Source: Escherichia phage ECO340P2
Sequence record: OP172792
Strand: one strand, 5' to 3'
DNA: 64,000 bases
A model generated the notes under the pieces. It searched no databases. It was not told the DNA's origin and saw only the letters and a program-made list of their open reading frames with translations. This document shows positions 44,583 to 53,668 of this stretch, piece after piece; within the stretch, counting starts at the first letter, position 1; every line of letters begins with the position of its first letter. Position numbers and translations under genes: made by a program.

Positions 44583-44813
44583 TTATTTGTGTAGTGCTCT
44601 CTCGTATAACTCAATAATCAATTCATCTTCTACTGTAATACGCGCCATTTGATCCGTCTTAAGGATTGTTGGTTGGTAGTGATGCATTTCACTATTGATA
44701 CTACAATCCCATTCATCATTACCTAAATACTCTCCTACGTGGACCTTAACCATAAACGGAAACGGGTTATCTACCAAAAATGCCATACAACCTTCTTCGA
44801 TTTTATTTAACAC
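44583..44813 (-). CDS. hypothetical protein
   Basis: 76 aa ORF; start codon at 44813 reads GTG (reverse complement); first gene of minus-strand block. Confidence 0.45.
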   Translation of the reverse strand: MLNKIEEGCMAFLVDNPFPFMVKVHVGEYLGNDEWDCSINSEMHHYQPTILKTDQMARITVEDELIIELYERALHK

Positions 44814-44837
44814 ACGACCTCCTATTGCTACAGATAT

Positions 44838-44861
44838 GAAAAAACCCGCCGAAGCGGGTTC
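44838..44861 (-). terminator. rho-independent terminator (leftward)
   Basis: reverse complement AACCCGC-TTCG-GCGGGTT followed by TTTTTT. Confidence 0.5.
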
Positions 44862-44904
44862 TATTGCTACGATAGGATTACTATCCTACAGTATTGTTTC
44901 TGTG

Positions 44905-45186
44905 TCAAGCCTTAGCGTAGAAAAACTTCTCATATTCAGCTTTTGTTACGATTGTGGGGCAATCTTTTGTTCCATATTCAATAACAGGGGCTTCTACCAT
45001 TCTGGTGTTGAATAAGCAATAAGTCCCACGCATGTAAATACCAAATTTTGTTTCTACGATGTATTCTTTACTTAAACTAGAGAACTTAATCTCACCATCG
45101 GAGTCTCTTATAGCAATAAGAGCATGTTCGGGCCAATCTTTTCCTTTTGCGCCTAAAGCATTATACAATTCTTGAACGAGTTCCAT
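44905..45186 (-). CDS. hypothetical protein
   Basis: 93 aa ORF. Confidence 0.5.
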   Translation of the reverse strand: MELVQELYNALGAKGKDWPEHALIAIRDSDGEIKFSSLSKEYIVETKFGIYMRGTYCLFNTRMVEAPVIEYGTKDCPTIVTKAEYEKFFYAKA

Positions 45187-45198
45187 GTGACCTCCTTA

Positions 45199-45399
45199 TT
45201 AAATAACAAATTTTTCTTCTTCTGGCTTATCGTAATCTGGAGAATAAACATGTGCGGGATTAAAACCTTTAAAACTTCCTCGACCTTTACGTGGACAATT
45301 GAATGTGCGAGCTTGATGATCCCCAAAAGATTTCCCACAATGCATACATTTAAAATCAGTGCGTTTAGTCATGCTATATCTCCTTTTAAAAGGCTGCAC
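45199..45399 (-). CDS. hypothetical zinc-ribbon protein
   Basis: 66 aa; CMHCG ... NCPRKG; RBS AAGGAGA. Confidence 0.5.
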   Translation of the reverse strand: MQPFKRRYSMTKRTDFKCMHCGKSFGDHQARTFNCPRKGRGSFKGFNPAHVYSPDYDKPEEEKFVI

Positions 45400-45424
45400 C
45401 TATTGAAGATGCAGCTTTGATAGA

Positions 45425-45526
45425 TTATTTAGATGAGTCTAAAATGTCTTTTACTTTTGCCGTGATAACGTCTTGGTATTTGTTAATGAGATAGCCTACA
45501 ACTACACCTGCGATAAATGAAACCAT
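45425..45526 (-). CDS. hypothetical small membrane protein (33 aa)
   Basis: GGAGAAATA then ATG directly after upstream stop; single hydrophobic helix. Confidence 0.3.
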   Translation of the reverse strand: MVSFIAGVVVGYLINKYQDVITAKVKDILDSSK

Positions 45527-45535
45527 TATTTCTCC

Positions 45536-46144
45536 TTACTTAAGTGGTGAGAGAACAATCTCTCGGTTTTTTAAGAACCAAAGCATGTCATCTTGATCAT
45601 AGTCTGATCCCTCTGTAGTCGAATTTTTGATAGAATCAAAAAACCAACGAGGTATACCAAAACAACTCCCAGATGACTGCACGTCTTTCTGCGACATTTT
45701 AAATGTGATTGGAAAATCACAATTCTCAATCTCTCGGATATCCGCTGAAGATAAGATTGTAACTTCAACCAGTTCGTCGTTAGATGTAGTATCGTTGTCT
45801 TCCTGAATAATGTCAAATGCTTTTTGCACATCTTTTGCATCCAATGTTAAGCCTGTGGCTTTCTGAAAAGCAGAAACAAAAATGAGAGCTTCTTCAGAAC
45901 AAGGGGCTTCCAGCAAATGCGCCATAATAGGTGACAAGCAGATGTTAAGATCTTCGTCATACCAACGAACAATCCACACAGGCGTTGATCCGTTTTGTTT
46001 GTCACGAGCCAAAATTGTAACGTGCTGACCTTCTTCTGGTATATGATACAAACCAGAAAAACCAGGACCTGTAATGGATTTTTTGACACGCACTACATGT
46101 CCCACTTCTAAAGGATCTTTACCATCCCAAATCTTCTCTTCCAT
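45536..46144 (-). CDS. hypothetical protein
   Basis: 202 aa ORF. Confidence 0.55.
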   Translation of the reverse strand: MEEKIWDGKDPLEVGHVVRVKKSITGPGFSGLYHIPEEGQHVTILARDKQNGSTPVWIVRWYDEDLNICLSPIMAHLLEAPCSEEALIFVSAFQKATGLTLDAKDVQKAFDIIQEDNDTTSNDELVEVTILSSADIREIENCDFPITFKMSQKDVQSSGSCFGIPRWFFDSIKNSTTEGSDYDQDDMLWFLKNREIVLSPLK

Positions 46145-46152
46145 ATAACCTC

Positions 46153-46416
46153 CTAAATAACATCTTTGAAATAGTGAATCACTTCAATGTTATGATACAA
46201 AGTGCTTCGCTCTTTTGTGTACTCTGTTTTAGTAACAAACACTTTTGCAATACCATACTTATGTGCAGGTAGGTTTGGATTGGTTTGCATAATCTCTTTC
46301 ACAACACTTATAGTTTCGTGCTCGGATTCCCAATAAGTGAAGTAACCCTCACTATCAACGATTAAAGACTCGTTTTCAAGATCTACAAAACAGAAAAATA
46401 TTGACGGATGGCTCAT
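46153..46416 (-). CDS. hypothetical protein
   Basis: 87 aa ORF. Confidence 0.5.
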   Translation of the reverse strand: MSHPSIFFCFVDLENESLIVDSEGYFTYWESEHETISVVKEIMQTNPNLPAHKYGIAKVFVTKTEYTKERSTLYHNIEVIHYFKDVI

Positions 46417-46580
46417 TCTTTTTCTTCAACCTTCCTCAAAGCTTTTTGATCGAATATGGCGTGTTGTAACTCCCCGTTTTCATCGAACCAAGTTACTTTA
46501 CAAGATTCACCATAACTTTCTATTACTGTCATTTGTTTGTTTGCACCTTTAAGACAAACCACATCACCTACTTGCATCAT
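46413..46580 (-). CDS. hypothetical small protein (55 aa)
   Basis: ATGA overlaps at both ends with neighbouring genes; missed by ORF track (below 60 aa). Confidence 0.4.
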   Translation of the reverse strand: MMQVGDVVCLKGANKQMTVIESYGESCKVTWFDENGELQHAIFDQKALRKVEEKE

Positions 46581-47026
46581 GATTGAGTTCCTTTTTGTTT
46601 TTCAATAGCTGCACGAATTTCTGCTAAAGGCTCTGCTACCAAATCTTCAACTTCTTGGATTTGTTCATTCATTACGTCACGAACCATTTGAATCCGCTCT
46701 TCAAGGGAAACAGCAAGTTCATCTGCATAAGCCATATTAAGAACGTGGTAGAAATTTTCTTGTGCACTTAGAGCACCAGATAACAAGTAATCCTGATCTT
46801 CCTCTGGTAAAAGCATGTGTTGCTCATATTCAGCAAAAGTGTTTTTGTTAATCTCAAGCAAAGCACCCATCATAACATCATACTGATAATCTTTATGATC
46901 GGGATTGTTTAAAACAACATCTTCAAAGATATTAAGAAGAATCTTAGTAACAAAAGCATTGTTTTCAGCACCTTCCATCTGACGGATTACCGTAATTACT
47001 TCTCTTTCTTTAGCGTTTTGGCTCAT
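46577..47026 (-). CDS. hypothetical protein
   Basis: 149 aa ORF. Confidence 0.55.
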   Translation of the reverse strand: MSQNAKEREVITVIRQMEGAENNAFVTKILLNIFEDVVLNNPDHKDYQYDVMMGALLEINKNTFAEYEQHMLLPEEDQDYLLSGALSAQENFYHVLNMAYADELAVSLEERIQMVRDVMNEQIQEVEDLVAEPLAEIRAAIEKQKGTQS

Positions 47027-47216
47027 AGTGTTTCTCCTCTGGCTCTATTTGGATGTAACCCGTGGTTTTGCACGGATTACACTCGTAAATTTGACCTACA
47101 TCCGCCATAACATAGCCTGCACCACCGCAGTAGGGGCAAGGCATAGGAGGACAAGGTATGGACGTAGTAATTGTTACAACATTGTCAATTGCCAACATTT
47201 TCGCCATTATTACCAC
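47010..47216 (-). CDS. hypothetical zinc-finger mini-protein (DnaJ-type CxxCxGxG repeats)
   Basis: 68 aa; CPYCGGAG and CNPCKTTG. Confidence 0.5.
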   Translation of the reverse strand: MVIMAKMLAIDNVVTITTSIPCPPMPCPYCGGAGYVMADVGQIYECNPCKTTGYIQIEPEEKHYEPKR

Positions 47217-47458
47217 TCCGCTATTAATGTTAGACCAAGTGCATCGTTAAAACGTTCAACATTCGAGTATAGGTATGGAGGGGTTATTTGCTCTAAAATT
47301 TGTGCTGCTTCCACTTGGTGTTCTATGTTTTGAGAAGTTCGGGCATAAACTAAGACACCCATTTTATTCAAAATAAAAACAGAATCAGACCCATCCAGCT
47401 TATCAACGGCTGCATACATTTTAGTCATGTTTTCTCCTAGATTACCATTCAGCAACAA
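47210..47458 (-). CDS. hypothetical protein
   Basis: 82 aa ORF. Confidence 0.5.
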   Translation of the reverse strand: MLLNGNLGENMTKMYAAVDKLDGSDSVFILNKMGVLVYARTSQNIEHQVEAAQILEQITPPYLYSNVERFNDALGLTLIAEW

Positions 47459-47657
47459 GATTAGGATTTATAGCAAAAGCTTTGAAAGTTGTTATGTCAT
47501 GACTAACATTAAAACTAACGCCTTTTACTTTCTCTAATATTTGAACTTTCGTCTCTCCGTCCCACGGTAGGATGATAACACCATCTCCTGTGATCAACCA
47601 CCAATGGTTCTCTCCATCTCGTGAATCTTTTGCTTTGTATAGAAAATTGGAACTCAT
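47442..47657 (-). CDS. hypothetical protein
   Basis: 71 aa ORF; RBS GGAGGA. Confidence 0.5.
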   Translation of the reverse strand: MSSNFLYKAKDSRDGENHWWLITGDGVIILPWDGETKVQILEKVKGVSFNVSHDITTFKAFAINPNLVAEW

Positions 47658-48017
47658 TTTTCCTCCTGTTCGGTATTATTCGCCTGTGAGACACAATGTA
47701 ACACAAGCCTTGTGAGTTTGTCAAGGATCTAATTACATTCTACAGAAGAAGGTGATTAATAACCATAGGAATAGTCTCACTATAGGTGTAAGATAAGGTA
47801 AGAGTTAGATTGATAGGTAAGACTTATCTTAAACAGATAATTGATAGGTAAACCAGCATTGACTTTTTCAAAAAAATATGGTACCCTAAACATATGTTTA
47901 CGAGCGATAGCGAGTAGTAGATTTCTATATAATAATGTTTCATGTTACTCACGATAGTGAGGTATGAAACGTAAGTGAAGGTAGATAAACTATGATCATC
48001 TATCTACCATCTATTAA

Positions 48018-48227
48018 TCAATATAGATCTAATGTTAGACTAACAGTTATCCAACAAACAATAGCAGTCCATATAACAAGTAATGATCTACAAACTACAT
48101 CCCATTCAAATACATTGTATGTTAACCATTCTCCCATCACAACAGAAGAACCCAACCAACATCCAACAACAACTATAATCCAATAAAAGAATCCTACAGT
48201 AGAGTATACAGCAAAAGCTTTTAACAT
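48018..48227 (-). CDS. hypothetical small membrane protein (two predicted TM helices)
   Basis: 69 aa, strongly hydrophobic; GGAGG upstream of ATG. Confidence 0.4.
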   Translation of the reverse strand: MLKAFAVYSTVGFFYWIIVVVGCWLGSSVVMGEWLTYNVFEWDVVCRSLLVIWTAIVCWITVSLTLDLY

Positions 48228-48640
48228 CTTTCCTCCAGAAGTTGTTCAACAGTTTGACGAGTATGATTGTCCCAGTAAACCTTAGTGAAGTCAAGAGTTC
48301 CTTGTTCGTTTCTCTTAGTTTCGAAGAAGTATCCGCCTTCTCTTTCTACTCTGTCTCTAATGTGCTCTATGAGGTGCTTTTTAGAAGATGCTGATAAACA
48401 GTAGTCATACTCCCCACGAAGTAACGCTATAGCTGCAAGCCTGTTATCACCAACTTGAGATATTGTCCAAGAAAGCATACTACCTTTTATACCTAAAGGT
48501 GTTTGTCGAATGGAATATCCACCATGCCGACTGATAGAAATTATGGCAAGTGGTTCTCCTGTTAGGGTTCTTCCTAATGCACCTTCTGTTGGACTTCCTT
48601 CGATAATACGTTTGAAAAAGGCTTTGATCTTACCTAACAT
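48221..48640 (-). CDS. hypothetical protein
   Basis: 139 aa ORF; RBS AAGGGGGA. Confidence 0.55.
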   Translation of the reverse strand: MLGKIKAFFKRIIEGSPTEGALGRTLTGEPLAIISISRHGGYSIRQTPLGIKGSMLSWTISQVGDNRLAAIALLRGEYDYCLSASSKKHLIEHIRDRVEREGGYFFETKRNEQGTLDFTKVYWDNHTRQTVEQLLEERC

Positions 48641-48657
48641 AAGTCCCCCTTAAAAAT

Positions 48658-48792
48658 TTACTTGTTTAAAGTATCTCTTACTTGTTCTGCTTGACGTTTA
48701 GTAATAAAAGTCCCAACCGAAACGTTAAACTCATTGACTACAGAGAACGATCCATCACGGTTCTCACGAATATTAAACAATTTCTTACTCAT
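48658..48792 (-). CDS. hypothetical small protein (44 aa)
   Basis: AAGGAGG RBS then ATG overlapping upstream stop; missed by ORF track. Confidence 0.4.
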   Translation of the reverse strand: MSKKLFNIRENRDGSFSVVNEFNVSVGTFITKRQAEQVRDTLNK

Positions 48793-48988
48793 TTCTACCT
48801 CCTTCAATGCTTTGTGCCGTACCATCCCAAGCCATTAGAATGTTTTCCAATAGTTCACGAGGCTCTTTAAACCAAACTTCCATTTCATCAAGGATCTCGT
48901 CCGTGTCGTAAGTATAACCTGGAACACCAAGTTCACATTTCTTAAGATAGCTTTCTAACCAGCGGTGATAATTCTTAACCCCATTCAT
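48785..48988 (-). CDS. hypothetical protein
   Basis: 67 aa ORF. Confidence 0.5.
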   Translation of the reverse strand: MNGVKNYHRWLESYLKKCELGVPGYTYDTDEILDEMEVWFKEPRELLENILMAWDGTAQSIEGGRNE

Positions 48989-49361
48989 ACTGTGCTACCT
49001 TTTCTTTTACCCAATCTACACGATCTTTATCATAATGTTGAGTGCCAAGGAAAAGACCATTGTGGAAACTTTCCTCACCGAAAGGATAAATTGGATCTAA
49101 ACCATCTTCTTCAAACAACATTTTTAATCGATTTGATGTAGATTTCTTAGTTTCTGAATTGTAGTTTGTGGTTATAAGCCAATCTTCCAAACAACGACAC
49201 AAACCTTGACGAGAATCCCAAGGAAAAACACAATCTCCGACAGGAGCTTGTTCAGCCCATTTCAACCAGCCTTTAAAAAAGTTATACAGTATGTAGTCTT
49301 CAGTGTAATACATTAGCGCCTCCTTTACATATACAATAACACCCCGCAGAACGGGGTGCAA
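48975..49361 (-). CDS. paralog family A member (FY..W..GLC..FPF..WV small protein)
   Basis: shares FFKGWL, GLCRCL, YPF and RVDWVKEKV blocks with six other ORFs in this block. Confidence 0.55.
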   Translation of the reverse strand: MHPVLRGVIVYVKEALMYYTEDYILYNFFKGWLKWAEQAPVGDCVFPWDSRQGLCRCLEDWLITTNYNSETKKSTSNRLKMLFEEDGLDPIYPFGEESFHNGLFLGTQHYDKDRVDWVKEKVAQYEWG

Positions 49362-49364
49362 CTA

Positions 49365-49976
49365 TTATTTAATCTGTTTAAAAATTTCGTTTGGAACGGT
49401 ACCGTTTAAAATACCTTCTACGATCTCTTGTGCAGATGTGTAAGAGAGTCCAAAAGAAGCTACGCCTAAAATTGCCTCCTTCAAAGGATCTGGCAGGGGT
49501 TCAAAATTACCTGCAACAAAGCCACCTGCACAAGCAGCGCCTTCATCATCCCAGAAAACAACTGCTACATCGTTACCATGCGAAGTTGTGCGATGTGCAA
49601 TAACTTCAACTTCTGTTCCTTCTTTAGGAACAGAATAAGAACTGTCCCAAGAATATCTTTCCAAATCAGGAACAAAGATAACCTTTTCACCTACTGGCGG
49701 CAGTTCACAACGATAATACCAAGAATTTTTTTCGTTCATTGTTTTATTTTCCTCCACGTCTTCAAAAGTAACGATCCAATCGTAGCCGTAAGAAAACGGA
49801 TATTTTAGATCTAAAGAATAAGTTTGACCTAGATCGTCCTCAACAAGAACCATCCTGTCAAAGTTTGCGATGTTAGGATTATGTTTAATGATAGGGTATG
49901 TTTCCCCTACAGTAAATTGCCCCAAATGGTAAAGGTCATCTCTCCAAGTAATTTGGATATGAGTGCATTGAATCAT
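49365..49976 (-). CDS. hypothetical protein
   Basis: 203 aa ORF. Confidence 0.55.
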   Translation of the reverse strand: MIQCTHIQITWRDDLYHLGQFTVGETYPIIKHNPNIANFDRMVLVEDDLGQTYSLDLKYPFSYGYDWIVTFEDVEENKTMNEKNSWYYRCELPPVGEKVIFVPDLERYSWDSSYSVPKEGTEVEVIAHRTTSHGNDVAVVFWDDEGAACAGGFVAGNFEPLPDPLKEAILGVASFGLSYTSAQEIVEGILNGTVPNEIFKQIK

Positions 49977-49980
49977 AAAA

Positions 49981-50253
49981 TCACCCCCAAGAAATATTTA
50001 TATATCTTACAATGTTTGCACTGTCTAAAGCCATGTTTGCACCACACCCACGCTCGCGCCAGTAACTAACAATACCTTCACAGATACTCTCTTGTATCTT
50101 CTTATCACTTGGCATTTCTAGTATAAGACTTGGGTTGTGGATGTTTATGTTATAATATCCTTCCTCTGCGGCTTGAGCTACCAATTTACTTACTTTTTCA
50201 AAGTACGGGGAATTAGTGGCATCTGCCATTGTTTTTAAGGTTTGTCTATCCAT
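49981..50253 (-). CDS. hypothetical protein
   Basis: 90 aa ORF. Confidence 0.5.
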   Translation of the reverse strand: MDRQTLKTMADATNSPYFEKVSKLVAQAAEEGYYNINIHNPSLILEMPSDKKIQESICEGIVSYWRERGCGANMALDSANIVRYINISWG

Positions 50254-50618
50254 TATTCTGCCTCATCATAGAAGAAATCCAACTCTTGTTCCAGTTGTTT
50301 AACTTGATCCTTAACCCACTGTACACGTTTTTCATTAAACATGCAACGTTTTTCCTTACACTCTTGCTCAAAAGATTTTGCTGTGTTAAATGGGAAAGTT
50401 GTATCTAAGCCAGCGTTTTCAAAACTGGCTAATTGCATACCATAAACAGAATATGCTAAAGAATGCTCTGCCCGAAATTCATCACTTATATACATACGCA
50501 GACCTCGGCATAAGCCAACATCAGCGTAACCACTTTCTCTTGGAAAGAGACGGAGGTGTTCTAACCAATTATTATAGAAATCTAAAAGAATCCTCTTACA
50601 CTTCAAATCGATTGTCAT
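50253..50618 (-). CDS. paralog family A member
   Basis: LDFYNNWL, GLCRGL, FPF, RVQWVKDQV; ATG after GAAGGAG (ORF-track start 50708 overlaps upstream gene). Confidence 0.5.
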   Translation of the reverse strand: MTIDLKCKRILLDFYNNWLEHLRLFPRESGYADVGLCRGLRMYISDEFRAEHSLAYSVYGMQLASFENAGLDTTFPFNTAKSFEQECKEKRCMFNEKRVQWVKDQVKQLEQELDFFYDEAE

Positions 50619-51018
50619 AAAAAGTTTCTCCTTCATCAAACAAGTTGGCAAGATTGTTAACGGCAATCTGGGTGGAAAGAAGACAACTGTTTGCAGACAC
50701 ATAAGCACGAGCTATTTTGTAAACATAAACTTTCGTATTACAATTGTCTAGGATCGGAAGACTTTCGTCGATAGCATCTATAACACTAAACATCACATCT
50801 AAAACTTTAATGGTGAGTGTTGTATTTGTATCTTCGTAACCTTTTTCAATCAGACCTGAATAGAAGGTATAGTCCTCAACAGTTCGTCGTTTAAATTGGC
50901 GCATAAAATCGGAACCATCTGTAGCAGAATTGAACAAATTTTCAAAAAATACGTCCCATCCTGCAAAAAGGGCTGACAGCATGATTAAGTGATCTACAGA
51001 TTCATTTTCTTGTTTCAT
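50596..51018 (-). CDS. hypothetical protein
   Basis: 140 aa ORF. Confidence 0.5.
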   Translation of the reverse strand: MKQENESVDHLIMLSALFAGWDVFFENLFNSATDGSDFMRQFKRRTVEDYTFYSGLIEKGYEDTNTTLTIKVLDVMFSVIDAIDESLPILDNCNTKVYVYKIARAYVSANSCLLSTQIAVNNLANLFDEGETFYDNRFEV

Positions 51019-51026
51019 ATCCTCTC

Positions 51027-51704
51027 CTATTTAATGTTAAGTCTGGCACACAAACGAGAAACAGTTTTAGCATCCCATTTACCACCACGTGCTGTTGCTA
51101 TTTTCTTACTATTGAATTTTTCAGCAATAGTTTTGTAAGGTGTATTTAAATCTCTAAGGATCTCCAAACGTTCACGGAATGTCTCTGCAAAAGCGTCTGC
51201 TTTAACAGAGTTGTATTCCATTTTTCCTTTTCTACGTGCAGCGGCAGTTTTAGGATTAGCACTACCTAATAAAACACCTTTGCTTTTTGCTACAGCAAGA
51301 CCCTTTTTAATACGATCAGCAATACCTCTAACTTCTTGTTCAGCCAGAACAGACAGAAGCTGTATAACCATTTTATCTGCGTCTGGCATAATGGCTATCT
51401 TAACATCGATCATTTCTAGAAGAGTTGCTACGGAGGCGTTGTTACGACCCAAGCGGTCAACTTTAGCTACCAATAAAGTTGCTCCGGTAGCTTTACACAT
51501 TTCAACCGCTTTGACCAGTTCCTTACGTTGCTTCCAATCGCCCTTACCCGAATAGTATTCAGAAAATTGACCAATAACTTCAGCATCAGGCACAGAGTCT
51601 AAGAAGTAACGGATATCGTTCTCTTGGCTCTCCATACCATATTGTGCCTCACCTTTTTTCTGTTTAGAAAGACGACTGTAAACAACAAACTTTTTCATAA
51701 CCAC
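51027..51704 (-). CDS. serine recombinase (resolvase/invertase family)
   Basis: 225 aa; N-terminal YSRLSK catalytic-serine region, VDRLGRN block, C-terminal HTH-like region. Confidence 0.7.
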   Translation of the reverse strand: MVMKKFVVYSRLSKQKKGEAQYGMESQENDIRYFLDSVPDAEVIGQFSEYYSGKGDWKQRKELVKAVEMCKATGATLLVAKVDRLGRNNASVATLLEMIDVKIAIMPDADKMVIQLLSVLAEQEVRGIADRIKKGLAVAKSKGVLLGSANPKTAAARRKGKMEYNSVKADAFAETFRERLEILRDLNTPYKTIAEKFNSKKIATARGGKWDAKTVSRLCARLNIK

Positions 51705-51727
51705 TCCTAAACTATTGCTGTATTCTC

Positions 51728-51756
51728 ACTTTACAAAACGAATAAACACTTGTCAA
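51728..51756 (-). promoter_or_regulatory. sigma70-like promoter (TTGACA-17-TAAAGT) upstream of the recombinase gene
   Basis: reverse complement of the intergenic region gives both boxes with 17 nt spacing. Confidence 0.4.
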
Positions 51757-51768
51757 GGTATTTATTAT

Positions 51769-51981
51769 TTACAGCCATTCTACTCTTAAGCAGTATTCCT
51801 CGACATGTTGTTTACGCTTGTTTTTGTCTATGTAAGTGTATTCAACAAATGTCCCAAGATAGTCCTTGTCTACATTGTGTGGGCTATTGATTGGACATTT
51901 AGTACGACAAACCCGTTGCCACTGACGAAGAATTACGGCTTTGTTTTTAGGATCAAAGGGATGAGGGTAATGTGCCTTCAT
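51769..51981 (-). CDS. hypothetical protein
   Basis: 70 aa ORF. Confidence 0.5.
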   Translation of the reverse strand: MKAHYPHPFDPKNKAVILRQWQRVCRTKCPINSPHNVDKDYLGTFVEYTYIDKNKRKQHVEEYCLRVEWL

Positions 51982-52305
51982 TCACGACTCCTGTTTTAGT
52001 CGAAAAATATTTTGAATAACGAGAGATGTATAATTATCACTTAGTTCCATAAGTTCTACTTCCAAGTTTCGAATATCTTCCACTGTAGGAGGATATGTTG
52101 GTAAAAATGCTTGAGCGTTACCAGACCCCACCTCATTGCTGTAAGCAGTTGTAAAATTGTAAGATACAAAACATGAAACACCTTTTTGTCGGTACCCGAT
52201 TAATCGACGAATACACCAGATAAGAGCCAAACCTATGAGGACACCTCCTAAACCAGCTAACAAGAAGGATAAGTTCATAATAGCTTCGTTAACAACTGCT
52301 TGCAT
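51982..52305 (-). CDS. hypothetical membrane protein
   Basis: 107 aa; N-terminal hydrophobic helix LSFLLAGLGGVLIGLALIW. Confidence 0.5.
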   Translation of the reverse strand: MQAVVNEAIMNLSFLLAGLGGVLIGLALIWCIRRLIGYRQKGVSCFVSYNFTTAYSNEVGSGNAQAFLPTYPPTVEDIRNLEVELMELSDNYTSLVIQNIFRLKQES

Positions 52306-52315
52306 TCTTTTCTCC

Positions 52316-52615
52316 TTAGTTATGTAAACCCAAATGTGCTACAACTTCTCTACGATAAGATAACTGCATAGCGATTTTATAGCCAGGATGAAAACCATTT
52401 ACATCAATGTCATCAAACCAAACCTCAAATGAACCGTGTTTAAGAGTCATTAAGTTAATATACCATTCAATAGTATAATGATCGTCAGCAATACCTTCGA
52501 TGTAAAACTCTCGGCAACAGTGAGATAAATCTTCACTTGTTTCACGTTTCCAATCCTTAATAGCCCCTTTCTCTTTGGCTTGATTCAAAATTTTGATCAG
52601 GTCTTCAACTTGCAT
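52316..52615 (-). CDS. hypothetical protein
   Basis: 99 aa ORF; RBS AAGGAGA. Confidence 0.5.
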   Translation of the reverse strand: MQVEDLIKILNQAKEKGAIKDWKRETSEDLSHCCREFYIEGIADDHYTIEWYINLMTLKHGSFEVWFDDIDVNGFHPGYKIAMQLSYRREVVAHLGLHN

Positions 52616-52643
52616 ATCTATCTCCTTTGTGGTTAATCTTTAT

Positions 52644-52672
52644 ATTTTAAATATTGTACCGTCTTCTGTCAA
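52644..52672 (-). promoter_or_regulatory. sigma70-like promoter (TTGACA-17-TAAAAT)
   Basis: -35 overlaps the stop codon of the upstream gene; drives the 52316-52615 gene. Confidence 0.4.
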
Positions 52673-53082
52673 ATAGCCTCTTTCTCTAAAACAACCCTTT
52701 GGATCACAACATCTTCAATGTTTGCCAAACAATGACCCAAAGTCAATCCTGCCTTGAAAGGTGCTTGTAGTTTGGATTCAGCTTCTACGCGAACAGAATG
52801 TTCCGCTCCGCACATGGTGTAATCTACACGGTAAACGTTTAAACCTAAGAACATAGATTCTTCTTCCTCACAACAAGGATTGAGTTCAGCCCAGTCCCAA
52901 GCATCTCCTTCTAAAGCAAATGGAGTATTGTAATTGAAGAAAGTGCAGCGCGGATATTCCCCGTTGAAAGAATCTTTCAGCAGAATATATTTCTTACCGT
53001 TTGCATGGAAGAGTTCTCCTTTGATAACTTTACCTACAAGGATATCACTGTTAGTGGAACGGGTGCAAATAAACTTTTTCAT
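52669..53082 (-). CDS. hypothetical protein
   Basis: 137 aa ORF; RBS GAGAGGAGAA. Confidence 0.55.
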   Translation of the reverse strand: MKKFICTRSTNSDILVGKVIKGELFHANGKKYILLKDSFNGEYPRCTFFNYNTPFALEGDAWDWAELNPCCEEEESMFLGLNVYRVDYTMCGAEHSVRVEAESKLQAPFKAGLTLGHCLANIEDVVIQRVVLEKEAI

Positions 53083-53111
53083 GATTTTCTCCTCTCTGTT
53101 TCGATGAGATG

Positions 53112-53140
53112 ATTATGACAAAGACAGATCCTTCTGTCAA
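53112..53140 (-). promoter_or_regulatory. sigma70-like promoter (TTGACA-17-CATAAT)
   Basis: -35 overlaps stop codon of upstream gene, same arrangement as at 52644. Confidence 0.4.
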
Positions 53141-53463
53141 CCAATTATTTCTTCTGCTACACGTTCTTTTACCCAGTTCACACGATCCACATTCAAATGA
53201 CAACGGCTTTTTTCCGCTTCTAAGGTGTACTTTCCAAAATTACTGTTGAAAGGCAACACCATAACCAAATCTTTGAGGTAGAACTGCTCATGCATTTCAT
53301 CCAGTACATGTTGGTATCGTTCGCTTTCTCCCATGTCGTAAAAATCATAGAGGTTCGTGCACAAACCTGTGCAACGGGTGAACGGTTCACCTTCAGGAGC
53401 ACCAGCTTCCAACCATGCCAAATACGTGCGGTAAAATGTTAATAGTTCTTCGCTCATTTCCAT
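53137..53463 (-). CDS. paralog family A member
   Basis: FYRTYLAWL, GAPEGEPF, GLCTNL, LPFN, CHLNVDRVNWVKERV. Confidence 0.55.
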   Translation of the reverse strand: MEMSEELLTFYRTYLAWLEAGAPEGEPFTRCTGLCTNLYDFYDMGESERYQHVLDEMHEQFYLKDLVMVLPFNSNFGKYTLEAEKSRCHLNVDRVNWVKERVAEEIIG

Positions 53464-53666
53464 TCTCCTTCGTGATAGTAAACCTCAAAAGAATAGTAAG
53501 TGAACATGCTCATTGTAACACCTGCCATTTCTGGATCAAAGGGGGTGTTGTTATACATGTCAACTACTGCCTGACCCGCTGCTTTGGCATGTGCTGCTGA
53601 ATCACAGGCACAAACATCTTTCTCCCACGGAAACTTACCATCATACTTAAGACGGACAATCCACAT
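53454..53666 (-). CDS. hypothetical protein
   Basis: 70 aa ORF. Confidence 0.5.
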   Translation of the reverse strand: MWIVRLKYDGKFPWEKDVCACDSAAHAKAAGQAVVDMYNNTPFDPEMAGVTMSMFTYYSFEVYYHEGEWK

Positions 53667-53668
53667 GC

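Noticed and set aside
47992-48186. 64 aa plus-strand ORF
   Set aside because: Antisense to the better-supported minus-strand membrane-protein ORF 48018-48227; no RBS.
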